A stretch of 64,000 nt of DNA, taken from an uncultured bacterium (GTDB taxonomy: Bacteria > Verrucomicrobiota > Verrucomicrobiia > Verrucomicrobiales > DEV007). The DNA lies in the NCBI GenBank assembly GCA_963977015.1, contig CAXBMO010000003.1, positions 1 through 64,000 on the forward strand. Reading direction: 5' to 3'. Shown here in pieces: positions 48,289 to 57,395 of the stretch. The stretch's first letter is position 1. Every line of letters begins with the position of its first letter. The position numbers and the translations under genes were made by a program. Below the pieces are notes generated by a model, which did not search any database, was not told where the DNA came from, and was given only the letters and a program-made list of their open reading frames with translations.

Positions 48289-50244
48289 ATGGCCGTCTCC
48301 CTCGGTAAACAATATGATAAGCGCGCATTTCTGGGCGCAAAAGCGCACAAACGCTGGAAGCAGACGATTGATCCCAAGCGTCACAAGAGCGACCGGGAAC
48401 GACTGAAGCGCATCGAAGGTCTCGCTCAAGAGATGAGCCTGATGGAGCAGGTGGATTTTCGCCGGAAAGTGCAGGAGTGGAGAGCATTGGCGGCAAACAA
48501 GGAGCTAAAGCTGGAGGAAATCATTGAGCCTGCCTTTGCGATGGTGAGAGAGGCGTCTCGCCGAACAACGGGACTTTTCCATTACCCCGAACAGATCCTG
48601 GCTGGGTTGGCACTCGTTCGGGGAGGAGTGGCGGAGATGGCGACGGGAGAAGGAAAGACCCTCGGGGTGACCTTGCCCGCCTTCGTGTTTGCCCTGTTCG
48701 GAGAAGGAGTTCACGTGATTACGGTCAACAGTTACCTGGCGGAACGTGACCACGAGTTTACCGCCCCCATCCTGGAATATTTGGGGATTTCCTCAGCCCT
48801 ATTGCTTGAGGGACAGGAGGGGACTCCCGTGAAGAAAAAAACCGCCTACCTGGCGGATGTGACCTACGGCGTCGGTTATGAGTTTGGGTTCGACTATCTG
48901 CGCGATCAACTCGCGTTGATTCGTGCGCCGAAATCCGGTCCGCGCGAACGATTGAGAAACGCGTTGATGGGCGTCAAAACGCCGGAACCGCCGGTCGTTC
49001 AACGAAAACTGGCCTACGCGATTATTGACGAGGTCGACAGCGTTCTGATTGATGAAGCGGGATCGCCTCTCGTCATCAGTGAATCTCCACCCGGTGAGAA
49101 CGAGGCGTCACCCGCTTATTGGTTGGCGCGCGATGTCGCTGAAGATCTGATCGCGGATCAGCATTTCGAGCTGAAGCTGGCCAATCGCGGCGTGAAGTTG
49201 ACCCACGAGGGGTTTGACCTTGTTCACGAATTTGAAAACATTCCATGGGATCTCCTGCGAAGACCGTGGCACACCTACGTCTTGAATGCTCTCCGTGCGC
49301 TGCACTTTTTCCAGCGAGACGTGCACTATGTGGTCGATGACGAAGACAAAGTCGTGATCATTGACGAGTTTACGGGCCGAAGATTTGAAGAGCGAACTTG
49401 GCGCGATGGACTTCACCAGGCGGTTGAAGCGAAAGAAGAGGTGGAGATTCGCTCGGAGACTGATTCTGCGGCGAGCATTACCCGGCAACGCTATTTCGGG
49501 TTTTACGAGACCATCTGTGGATTGACGGGAACCGCAGCCGAGAGTGCGGGCGAATTCTGGCACTTTTTCAAAATGGATGTGGAACCAGTTCCTCTCCACA
49601 AACCGAGTCAGCGAAAGATCCTTCCGGAACGTGTCTTTCAAACCCAGGACGCGATGTATCACGCCGTCGTTGCGGATGTCATTCAGCGGTACCAGACCTG
49701 GCAGCCAATCTTGATTGGAACCCGTACCATTCGAGCGAGTGAAGCCCTGGCGGAGTTGATGACCCAATCGGGAGTTCCTTTTACCTTGCTTACCGCCAAA
49801 CAAGACGAGGAGGAGAGCGAAATTGTGGCGAAAGCCGGACAACCAGGGCACGTGCTTCTCGCGACCAACATGGCAGGTCGCGGAACCCACATTGGCCTCA
49901 CGGACGACGCGAAAGCTGCCGGAGGTCTTCACGTGATCGTCGTCGAACGCAATGAGTCGATCCGTATCGACCGTCAGCTCATTGGCCGCGGTGCACGGCA
50001 AGGTGAGGTGGGCGGTGCGCAGATGTTTGTCAGCGCAGACGATCACCTGGTTGAGATGTATGCGCCGGAGCTGGCCACCGAGATGCGCAAGGCGCGAGCG
50101 GACTCCAACGGAGAGCTACCCGGAAAATTCAGCAAAGACTTTGATGAGCTTCAAGCAGAAGTTGAGCGTCGACGCTATGAACAGCGTTTGGCAATGGCCC
50201 ATCGCGACAAGTGGCTCGATGAAATCAAAACCAATCTGGCATGA
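48289..50244 (+). CDS. Secondary, C-terminally truncated SecA-like ATPase
   Basis: EMATGEGKT, TVNSYLAERD, FGFDYLRD, IDEVDSVLIDEA, GLHQAVEAKE, TNMAGRGT, RIDRQLIGR; ends early in the helical scaffold. ATG 48289 chosen. Confidence 0.9.
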   Translation: MAVSLGKQYDKRAFLGAKAHKRWKQTIDPKRHKSDRERLKRIEGLAQEMSLMEQVDFRRKVQEWRALAANKELKLEEIIEPAFAMVREASRRTTGLFHYPEQILAGLALVRGGVAEMATGEGKTLGVTLPAFVFALFGEGVHVITVNSYLAERDHEFTAPILEYLGISSALLLEGQEGTPVKKKTAYLADVTYGVGYEFGFDYLRDQLALIRAPKSGPRERLRNALMGVKTPEPPVVQRKLAYAIIDEVDSVLIDEAGSPLVISESPPGENEASPAYWLARDVAEDLIADQHFELKLANRGVKLTHEGFDLVHEFENIPWDLLRRPWHTYVLNALRALHFFQRDVHYVVDDEDKVVIIDEFTGRRFEERTWRDGLHQAVEAKEEVEIRSETDSAASITRQRYFGFYETICGLTGTAAESAGEFWHFFKMDVEPVPLHKPSQRKILPERVFQTQDAMYHAVVADVIQRYQTWQPILIGTRTIRASEALAELMTQSGVPFTLLTAKQDEEESEIVAKAGQPGHVLLATNMAGRGTHIGLTDDAKAAGGLHVIVVERNESIRIDRQLIGRGARQGEVGGAQMFVSADDHLVEMYAPELATEMRKARADSNGELPGKFSKDFDELQAEVERRRYEQRLAMAHRDKWLDEIKTNLA

Positions 50245-51056
50245 GAAACTACCTAACCCTATTCCTAATCACGTTGAGCGGAACTTTGGCGGCTCAGGAT
50301 ACTGAAGAAGTTCTGACCTATCTGGAGCCCTACCGTTCCATTGAAATTTCTCCGATTGAAATTGGAGTGATCAGTGAGGTGGTTGCCAACGAAGGCGACA
50401 AGGTATCGGTTGGCGACGTTCTGCTGAAACTTGATACGGAGATTACCGAGGCCCGGTTGGGTATCGCACAAATGCAGGCCGACAGTGAGGGCCGGGTACA
50501 AGCAGCGGAAGCTGAATTTGAACTCCAGCAGGACAGGACGGATCGCGTGGAGCGACTGAGCGGAGCCAGTGCCGCGGAAAAGCGCAAGGAGCGTGCCACG
50601 TTGAAAATCGCCGAAGGAAACCTGATCATCGCTCAGGAGGAACGGGAAAGTTACAAGCTTCAGGTGAAACAAATTGAAGCGGAATTGAGAAGACGGATTC
50701 TGACTAGTCCGATTGATGGGATCGTCACGGAGATTACGAAGGATGTCGCCGAGGCCGTTACTCCTTCTGAAATCCGGGAGGACAACTTTTTGGTCAGGGT
50801 CGTAAAAGTCGACCAACTCAGGTGTGTGGGGCATGTTCCAGAAAGTCTCGCCCGCTCGCTTCACGTGGGGGATAGTCTGGATGTTCGAATCGAAGACGGG
50901 AAAGACACCATGGTTCGGGGGAAGATTGAGTTTGTTTCAGCAGTGATCAATCCTGCCACGAAAACCATTCGAATTCGGTTAGTAATTGAGAACCAATCCG
51001 GGAAGCTTCGAAGTGGTTCTTCCGCCAACATCTTGATTCCGCGGAGACTTTCCTGA
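50241..51056 (+). CDS. HlyD/RND membrane-fusion (periplasmic adaptor) protein
   Basis: Signal peptide, GVISEV..EGDKVSVGDVLLKLD, coiled coil, SPIDGIV, GKIEFVS..INPATKT..R; ATGA overlap with the SecA-like stop. Confidence 0.9.
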   Translation: MRNYLTLFLITLSGTLAAQDTEEVLTYLEPYRSIEISPIEIGVISEVVANEGDKVSVGDVLLKLDTEITEARLGIAQMQADSEGRVQAAEAEFELQQDRTDRVERLSGASAAEKRKERATLKIAEGNLIIAQEERESYKLQVKQIEAELRRRILTSPIDGIVTEITKDVAEAVTPSEIREDNFLVRVVKVDQLRCVGHVPESLARSLHVGDSLDVRIEDGKDTMVRGKIEFVSAVINPATKTIRIRLVIENQSGKLRSGSSANILIPRRLS

Positions 51057-51132
51057 TCTGCCTCTAAAAGATTGCTGAGAAATCGGGGACGGCTATAGTC
51101 TGCTGCATGTTCGGTGAACGTAGTTTCCGTCG

Positions 51133-52113
51133 ATGAGTTCTCTCCACCATTCTTTGCTGACTCTGGCGCTGCTATTCTGCGTTTCGTCTGCGCACGCGTT
51201 TGGCGGTCTTTTTCAGCGGAAGGCAGGTCCCCCGGAGAGTCTGGAAGACATCGTGCTTGCCCAAATCGTGCTTGATGAGGGGCTAATGGGACCAGGGAAA
51301 ATCGATGGCAAGCTTGGTGAATTTACCGTCATCGCCGCACGGCACTACAATGAGCAGCGGAATCTGGCAGCAGACAATTGGTTCAGAATTCTGAAGGACG
51401 CGCAGAAAAACGTAAAGCAGCCGTTCACCTCGTATGTGGTTCGTGATCGCGATCATCAGTTCGTCGGTGCGGTTCCGGCTGATCCGGCTGATCAGGAGAA
51501 ACTCGAGTATTTATCCTATCGGTCGCTGCTGGAGCTAGTCGCAGAACGTTATCACACGGATGAAAGGTTCCTTCGCAAGATTAATCCGGGTCGCAATTTG
51601 GACCGATTGCGAGTTGGGGAATCGGTAACGGTTCCCAATGTCACACCGTTCGAGATTTCGGCGATTCGGAAACATCAGCGGTTTGGAGAGAACCAGACGT
51701 TGAGCAGTCGCTACGTCATCGTGGATACGCAGATTAAGGTCGCGTTAATCTACGAGAAGAAGGGTGGGAAGCTTGTTGCGTCATTCCCGATCACTCCAGG
51801 CGTGAAGAAATTCGTTCCCTATGGCGAGTGGACCATGACCACCATGGTAACCACACCGGAATTTCGATGGGACAAGCGGATGCTGGAGGAAGGCGAGCGA
51901 GGCGATGAATTTTTTCAGCTCCCTCCCGGCCCGAATAGTCCAGTTGGTGTGATTTGGGCCGGCTTATCCAAATCGGGTATCGGATTACATGGAACCAGCA
52001 GTCCGGAGACGATTGGTCGGTCTCGAAGTGCGGGTTGCATCCGGCTCGCGAATTGGGACGCTATACGGCTTAGTTCGGTCGTTCGTCCCGGAGCGGTCGT
52101 TATCGTGAAGTAA
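51133..52113 (+). CDS. L,D-transpeptidase with peptidoglycan-binding and LysM-like segments
   Basis: GPGKIDGKLG, LELVAERYH...LRKINP, PGPNSPVG, IGLHGT...SAGCIRL. Confidence 0.92.
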   Translation: MSSLHHSLLTLALLFCVSSAHAFGGLFQRKAGPPESLEDIVLAQIVLDEGLMGPGKIDGKLGEFTVIAARHYNEQRNLAADNWFRILKDAQKNVKQPFTSYVVRDRDHQFVGAVPADPADQEKLEYLSYRSLLELVAERYHTDERFLRKINPGRNLDRLRVGESVTVPNVTPFEISAIRKHQRFGENQTLSSRYVIVDTQIKVALIYEKKGGKLVASFPITPGVKKFVPYGEWTMTTMVTTPEFRWDKRMLEEGERGDEFFQLPPGPNSPVGVIWAGLSKSGIGLHGTSSPETIGRSRSAGCIRLANWDAIRLSSVVRPGAVVIVK

Positions 52114-53218
52114 TCGTCCGAATATACTTCTCACAAATTTGGTAATACGTGATCATCGAGGCGATATCGATCCATTCATCGGCTGCATGCAGGCGTCCGA
52201 CCTCCGGGCGTGAAAGCATCACCGGGGTTCCTTCCTGGCAGATAAACCTGGCGTCACTGCCGCCAGAGGCTTTGGTCAAACTGACCTTCTTACCGGTAAC
52301 CTCTTCGGTGATCTGACAGAAGAGAGGGTCAGGCGCCAGGTGGGTTGGTTCCGCGCAGATGATGGGGTCCATCGCCACTTCCATTCCCAATACCTGGCGA
52401 ACCTCAGCCAGCATTCTCTCGACGGTGTAGGGAGGTGGAAAACGAAGGTCCAACAGTGCTTCTGCTTCGCCGGGGATACGGTTGATCGCCTCGTTAGGGG
52501 TCGAAACCTTTGTCACGGCACAGGTTGGAAACCAATTCCCGTTGCTCCCATCGCCTCTGGTGTCAGCGAAGTGATCTCTCAGCCGTGCCAACCGGCTGAT
52601 GAGTTTCTCCACGGCGTTTTCCGCCAACCAAGGACGAGCCGCGTGGCCAGCCTTTCCTTCGATACTCACCCTGAGATGGATGATGCCCTTCTCATCGGTG
52701 GTCACGTCGTTCAACGAACCTCCGTCGGGAATGATCGCCCGCGCGCATTCCAAACCCACTTCCTCAAAGAGGTAACGCACCCCATTTTCTCCGCCAATCT
52801 CTTCATCGGAAGTAAGGGCAATTCCAACCGGGCAACCTGGCAGATCCCGCTGGAGTTGGCGGAAGAGCTCGATCATGATCGCGTCAGCTCCCTTCATATC
52901 ACCAGCGCCAGGCCCAATGATGCGACCGTCCTCAACTTGTCCGCGATACACGGCTACATCCGAATGTTCGATGACGTCGATATGCCCACAGAGCAATACT
53001 TGAGGTCGAGTCAGCCCCTCAGGCATGGCAACGAGTGATTGGAACCCATTGGACTCGTAGCAATCGATTCTGACATCGGGAATCGCCTCAAGATGGTTCT
53101 CAATGAACTGAAAGCAGCGTTGCCGCTCATCCGGGTGGAGATCCGTGCTTCGGATCATCATCAGATCCCGGGTCAATGCGGTGATTCGTGCCGCGAGTTG
53201 TTGGTCTTCTGTCATCAT
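52100..53218 (-). CDS. M20 metallo-amidohydrolase (ArgE/DapE/LysK-like)
   Basis: GHIDV, GAGDMKG, SDEEIGG, GHAARPW, GGSDARF, LHAADE. Confidence 0.9.
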   Translation of the reverse strand: MMTEDQQLAARITALTRDLMMIRSTDLHPDERQRCFQFIENHLEAIPDVRIDCYESNGFQSLVAMPEGLTRPQVLLCGHIDVIEHSDVAVYRGQVEDGRIIGPGAGDMKGADAIMIELFRQLQRDLPGCPVGIALTSDEEIGGENGVRYLFEEVGLECARAIIPDGGSLNDVTTDEKGIIHLRVSIEGKAGHAARPWLAENAVEKLISRLARLRDHFADTRGDGSNGNWFPTCAVTKVSTPNEAINRIPGEAEALLDLRFPPPYTVERMLAEVRQVLGMEVAMDPIICAEPTHLAPDPLFCQITEEVTGKKVSLTKASGGSDARFICQEGTPVMLSRPEVGRLHAADEWIDIASMITYYQICEKYIRTITSR

Positions 53219-54613
53219 CTAATCACGATCGGCCTGCCATTCGACCGGGAGCATTTGTTCGGCTTTCTCCAGAAGATTCCAACAAACCTCGTGGCTGGGG
53301 GCAAGGCAAAGAAATTGACCTTTATGAACCTGTTCATCACTTCCGAAATTGAAATTGATCGGCAAAATTCCAACCTCATCGCCTTTCTGAAACAGTAGTC
53401 CCGCTTCCTGTAATATGATCAGGAGTTCAGCGCCTCCCATGGGTTGTTTCAATCGGAGATTCTGCATCAGCCAATGCCCATCAGGGGTGAAATGACGGGC
53501 CAACAAACACGGGTAGGTGGCTCCCGTAACTCGCGCATTGATTTCGCAGACGTAGACATCGGGTAATGAAGAATCATCGCGTTCTACGAAAAGAAAGTCA
53601 GTGCTCGCCGTTCCGCGGTATCCCTGATCATGAAGCCATTGTCCCGCGAGGGTCGCTTGTCGGAACAGTTCCTCCCGAGCGCCGGCGATTCGGGAAAGGT
53701 AAGGTGGAGGCGAAACGTTACCCTCATGGACACTGTCCCGACTGAGGATTTGTTCTGTGATGTCGAAGAGCCAGACACTCTTCTCATCCAGAAACATCTG
53801 CACACTGGGACTCTTGATCGCCTGAATGCCGGGTCTGTCCGGGCTGAGCCATCCTTGAACCATGACCGGTCCTTCATAAAACAGGTGCTCGGGAATATCG
53901 ATGAGGCGCGCTTCGTCAAACGTCCCAATCTTTTTGACTCGAAGGATCCCAATTCCTGAGGCTCCGATCTGGGATTTGAGAACGACTTCATCAAACCCTG
54001 CCTGGCTGAGTTCCGCCATACACGATAATATCTCTGTCTTGTGGTTGGCAAGGCAGGTGGGTGGAGTGGGAAGGGTTTGGGACTCGAGAAACTGGTGGAG
54101 AAGAAGCTTATTGTTCCCCTTCCAGCAGCCTTCCTGAGTGGTGACCGTCTTTTTGCCGAGGGAGGTGGCGATTCCCGTCAGAGTTCCGTCGGTGACGTAT
54201 CCGTCGATCCAGTAGGCTCCGTGGTCTGCGATGGTTGAGAGCCGGTCCTGAACCAACGACGTTTCGTTCTGCGCAAGTGCCTCGCCAACCAAACGGTAAT
54301 TGTCGGGGGACATGATTTCCGTCCTGGGCAGGCTCAGGCCCAACTCTTGCTCGAAATATTGATTCAGGACACCTGCGGAATGCCGCTCGAGAACCAAGAG
54401 GTTGTTCTTGCCTCGAAATAGCAGATTGAGAATGGGAACCAGTCGACCTCCGTAGGAATCAACTTCACCGACAATTTCCTCCAATTCGTTGGTCTCCTTT
54501 TCATTCCCAAAGAAGAGCTCCAGCAAATTCGCGAAGAAAATAACGTCACCTTCCCAGAACTGCGGAAGCTTCCCTTTCGTGTCAATCACTGGCGCGGACA
54601 AGGTGTTAGTCAT
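53219..54613 (-). CDS. Atypical ATP-grasp ligase
   Basis: NNKLLLHQFL, VVLKSQIGASGIG, MVQGW, GYRGTASTDF, CEINARVTGATY (ExNxR). Confidence 0.8.
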   Translation of the reverse strand: MTNTLSAPVIDTKGKLPQFWEGDVIFFANLLELFFGNEKETNELEEIVGEVDSYGGRLVPILNLLFRGKNNLLVLERHSAGVLNQYFEQELGLSLPRTEIMSPDNYRLVGEALAQNETSLVQDRLSTIADHGAYWIDGYVTDGTLTGIATSLGKKTVTTQEGCWKGNNKLLLHQFLESQTLPTPPTCLANHKTEILSCMAELSQAGFDEVVLKSQIGASGIGILRVKKIGTFDEARLIDIPEHLFYEGPVMVQGWLSPDRPGIQAIKSPSVQMFLDEKSVWLFDITEQILSRDSVHEGNVSPPPYLSRIAGAREELFRQATLAGQWLHDQGYRGTASTDFLFVERDDSSLPDVYVCEINARVTGATYPCLLARHFTPDGHWLMQNLRLKQPMGGAELLIILQEAGLLFQKGDEVGILPINFNFGSDEQVHKGQFLCLAPSHEVCWNLLEKAEQMLPVEWQADRD

Positions 54614-54658
54614 GACGACAGACCATTTGCCTTAAACTCAGGGCGGTTGGGTGTTGGT

Positions 54659-55042
54659 TCAACCTTGTTTCGCGATGTCTCGGGCTCGAGGCCATTCTCC
54701 GCCAACATCCGGCAATTCCCTGGTCTCGAGTAGGTAGTGATACATGATCACGCCTTCCTGATCGGCGAAGGGCGGTTCGAGCGATGCGGTTGCCCTTTTG
54801 TAAAGTCCTTCGTCAATTCCCTCCAATTCGTCGATCAACGTCAGGCAGTCATCGCTGACGCGCCAAAGTTCTCCCTTAATGGAGTAGCCTCCGGAATCAA
54901 CAATTGCCGCGGGGTAGCCGCCGTAATCGAACATTCGGTATCCGGGCTTGGTTTGCGCGTTACCGACCCATTCAGCGTTTGCGAGATAGAAATGATTCGA
55001 AAACCCGCGTTTCAAACTGCCATAAACGAAAAGCAGGTTCAT
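54659..55042 (-). CDS. Gamma-glutamyl(amine) cyclotransferase (AIG2/BtrG/GGACT-like)
   Basis: LFVYGSLKRG..NH, YPA, GELW, IDELEG...Y.R. Confidence 0.9.
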   Translation of the reverse strand: MNLLFVYGSLKRGFSNHFYLANAEWVGNAQTKPGYRMFDYGGYPAAIVDSGGYSIKGELWRVSDDCLTLIDELEGIDEGLYKRATASLEPPFADQEGVIMYHYLLETRELPDVGGEWPRARDIAKQG

Positions 55043-55064
55043 TGCTTACTAGGAATAAGAAAAA

Positions 55065-55146
55065 TACCGGCGGTCGGGATCGAACCGACACTCCCGAAGG
55101 AACGCGATTTTGAATCGCGCGCGTCTACCAATTCCGCCACACCGGC
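55065..55146 (-). tRNA. tRNA-Leu (anticodon CAA), CCA not encoded
   Basis: GCCGGTGTGGCGGAATTGGTAGACGCG-CGCGA-TTCAAAA-TCGCG-TTCCTTCGGGAGT-GTCGGTTCGATCCCGAC-CGCCGGTA: cloverleaf with long variable arm and discriminator A. Confidence 0.97.
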
Positions 55147-55167
55147 TTTGGGAAAAATTGGGTCGGA

Positions 55168-55196
55168 ATCCTAGGCTTCTCATGTCCGAGGCGCAA
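55168..55196 (-). promoter_or_regulatory. Sigma70-type promoter for tRNA-Leu
   Basis: Minus strand TTGCGC-N17-TAGGAT, ending 21 nt upstream of the tRNA. Confidence 0.6.
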
Positions 55197-55213
55197 GCCT
55201 TTTTAGGCCCAAG

Positions 55214-55717
55214 TCATCTGGAATCTTTGAGCGCTACCGGCTTGTCGAGAATCTCCTTGAGCAAAATCGCATTTCGCAAAGAAGCTGAATCGGAAAGCAA
55301 CAGGCGAAGCGAGCGGTGCGAACGCTGTTTTGGCGCCTCGGGTGCGTAATGATCAACCTGGGTTTTGATTCGCTCCAGTGCTTCAATCTCTTCCTTGCTC
55401 AGGGCAGGGGCTTCAACGGGTTTCTCTACCGGAATTGCCCGAACGGCCTGAACTGGGGGAGGTGGCGGCTCTGCTGGTTTCCCGGCCAATTGTTCGAGGA
55501 ACCGTCGCAAATCCTCCGCTCCCTCTGGTTCCTTGGACCGGGCTTCGCCAGGAATGGGAGGCGGCCCGCTGTCCTCCATTTGGTCGGGCTCATACTCAAA
55601 TTCTTCCTCTTCCTGAGTGCGACCCCGTTCCGTGAAGAACCAACGGAAAAAGGCGATGAAGATCATCGCAATGATGACCCAGTAGTCGCCGAGATCCGCT
55701 AATAACGCCGGAAGCAT
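55214..55717 (-). CDS. Membrane-anchored hypothetical protein (YqfB-like position)
   Basis: N-terminal TM, Pro/Glu-rich linker, C-terminal LRNAILLKEILDKP; third gene after nfeD-floA. Confidence 0.65.
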   Translation of the reverse strand: MLPALLADLGDYWVIIAMIFIAFFRWFFTERGRTQEEEEFEYEPDQMEDSGPPPIPGEARSKEPEGAEDLRRFLEQLAGKPAEPPPPPVQAVRAIPVEKPVEAPALSKEEIEALERIKTQVDHYAPEAPKQRSHRSLRLLLSDSASLRNAILLKEILDKPVALKDSR

Positions 55718-55730
55718 TGGATGGATTTAG

Positions 55731-56786
55731 TTAAGAGGGCTCAGTGGGCTTTGAATCACCCTTGTGTCCAGCGATGCTGTCACGCATTTCGGTATCCGCT
55801 TCGATATTCTTGTATTTGACGTAGTCCATCACGCCAAGATTTCCATTCCGGAAGGCCTCGGCAATGGCCAGAGGAATCTGGGCTTCGGCCTCAACGACGC
55901 GGGCCTGCATCTCCTGGGTTTTTGCCTCCATTTCCTGTTCGCTGGCGACTGCCGCCGCACGACGAACTTCCGCCTTGGCCTGGGCAATCTGCTTGTCCGC
56001 CTCGGCTTGCTTGGCCTGAAGGCGAGCACCGATGTTCTCCCCGACATCCACATCAGCGATATCAATCGATAAAATTTCAAACGCGGTATTGGCATCAAGA
56101 CCCCGGGCAAGAACCATCTTTGAGATCGCATCGGGATTCTCCAGCACCTCTTTGTAGCTTTTGGAGGAACCGATCGAAGAAACGATGCCTTCTCCAACCC
56201 GGGCAATAATGGTTTCCTCCGTTGCGCCACCCACGAAGCGATCGAGAGCGGTCCGGACCGTGACCCGGGCACGCGCCTTGACGGCAATTCCATCGGCGGC
56301 AACCCCATCGATGGTGATTCGAGCTCCGGAGCTCTGGGGGGGCACATCGATCACTGCTGGGTTGATGCTGGTGCGAACAGCTTCGAGAACGGTCTTGCGG
56401 GTTCCTTTGACCGCGAGGTCGATCGCGCAAGCTCTGTCAAAATTGAGCCCCAATCCGGCTTTGTCAGCGGCAATCATCGCCAGCACAACATGGTCGATTT
56501 GGCCTCCGGAAAGATAGTGTGCCTCCAACTGATCCGTTGAGAAATTCAGGCCGGCTTTGCTCGCTGTAATCCGGCTATCAACCACCAGGGCGACCGGCAC
56601 CCTTCGCAACCACATTCCAACGAGTTTGAAAATGCTGACCGGAGCGTTCGATACAAGTGCCCGGAGCCAGATGTTAAAGAACTTCAGGAAGATGAAGAAA
56701 AAAACGATCGCCAGAAGAACGAGAATGGCGCCAACAACGAAGGCAGCGGAATCGCCACCGGGAAGGTTTTGCAGAAGATCCTCCAT
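55731..56786 (-). CDS. floA: Flotillin-like protein FloA (YqfA family)
   Basis: [53 protein letters not shown]...DTEMRDSI. Confidence 0.95.
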   Translation of the reverse strand: MEDLLQNLPGGDSAAFVVGAILVLLAIVFFFIFLKFFNIWLRALVSNAPVSIFKLVGMWLRRVPVALVVDSRITASKAGLNFSTDQLEAHYLSGGQIDHVVLAMIAADKAGLGLNFDRACAIDLAVKGTRKTVLEAVRTSINPAVIDVPPQSSGARITIDGVAADGIAVKARARVTVRTALDRFVGGATEETIIARVGEGIVSSIGSSKSYKEVLENPDAISKMVLARGLDANTAFEILSIDIADVDVGENIGARLQAKQAEADKQIAQAKAEVRRAAAVASEQEMEAKTQEMQARVVEAEAQIPLAIAEAFRNGNLGVMDYVKYKNIEADTEMRDSIAGHKGDSKPTEPS

Positions 56787-56879
56787 AATTTATGCGTATT
56801 TGGGTTTTTGAAGTGCCTAAGTGAACTAAGACACTAGCATTCTTCCTGTCGTGTAATGCCTGCTTGGTGTCAAGGTGTG

Positions 56880-57353
56880 TTAGGACGCTTTCGGGCGAAC
56901 AATAACGCTGATTCCATCAACTTTGACGACCTCGACGTCAATCCCGGCTTCAATCGAACCTATTTGGGCGACTACATCGTGTTTTTCACCGTCAATCACA
57001 GCTTTTCCGGATGGAAGCAAAGCGGTGGTTGCCACGCCCGTTTTGCCCACCAGTTTCGCCAGTTCCGCGAGGTGCTCATCATTTCCTACTTCAGAGCTCA
57101 GCGTCACCTGCCTGCCAAAGATTGACCTTCTAAAAGTTCGCATCCAATACCAGAGCATCAGGATCACCACCAGTACTGCGATCAGTGCGACGAGGCTACC
57201 GGCGCGAAACCCAAATTCACCGAATACCAGCAGAACGCCCACCGAGATGATGACGCCGCCGATCAGTCCCATGATTCCGCCCGGCAGGTAGAACTCGAGC
57301 CAAAGAAAGGTTAGCCCGAACACGAAGACCGCAACGATGACCCAGATATCCAT
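56880..57353 (-). CDS. Short NfeD-family membrane protein
   Basis: LEFYLPGG TM region followed by OB-fold LVGKTGVATTALLPSGKA. Confidence 0.9.
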   Translation of the reverse strand: MDIWVIVAVFVFGLTFLWLEFYLPGGIMGLIGGVIISVGVLLVFGEFGFRAGSLVALIAVLVVILMLWYWMRTFRRSIFGRQVTLSSEVGNDEHLAELAKLVGKTGVATTALLPSGKAVIDGEKHDVVAQIGSIEAGIDVEVVKVDGISVIVRPKAS

Positions 57354-57395
57354 TTGGACTAGTAGGCTGTTCTGGCGATGGGAACAATCCTAATC

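Noticed and set aside
15486-52113. Both L,D-transpeptidases have SAGC rather than SHGC
   Set aside because: Catalytic His and Cys are intact and this position varies within the YkuD family.
52100-55146. tRNA-anchored genomic island
   Set aside because: No integrase, att duplication or obvious compositional shift visible.
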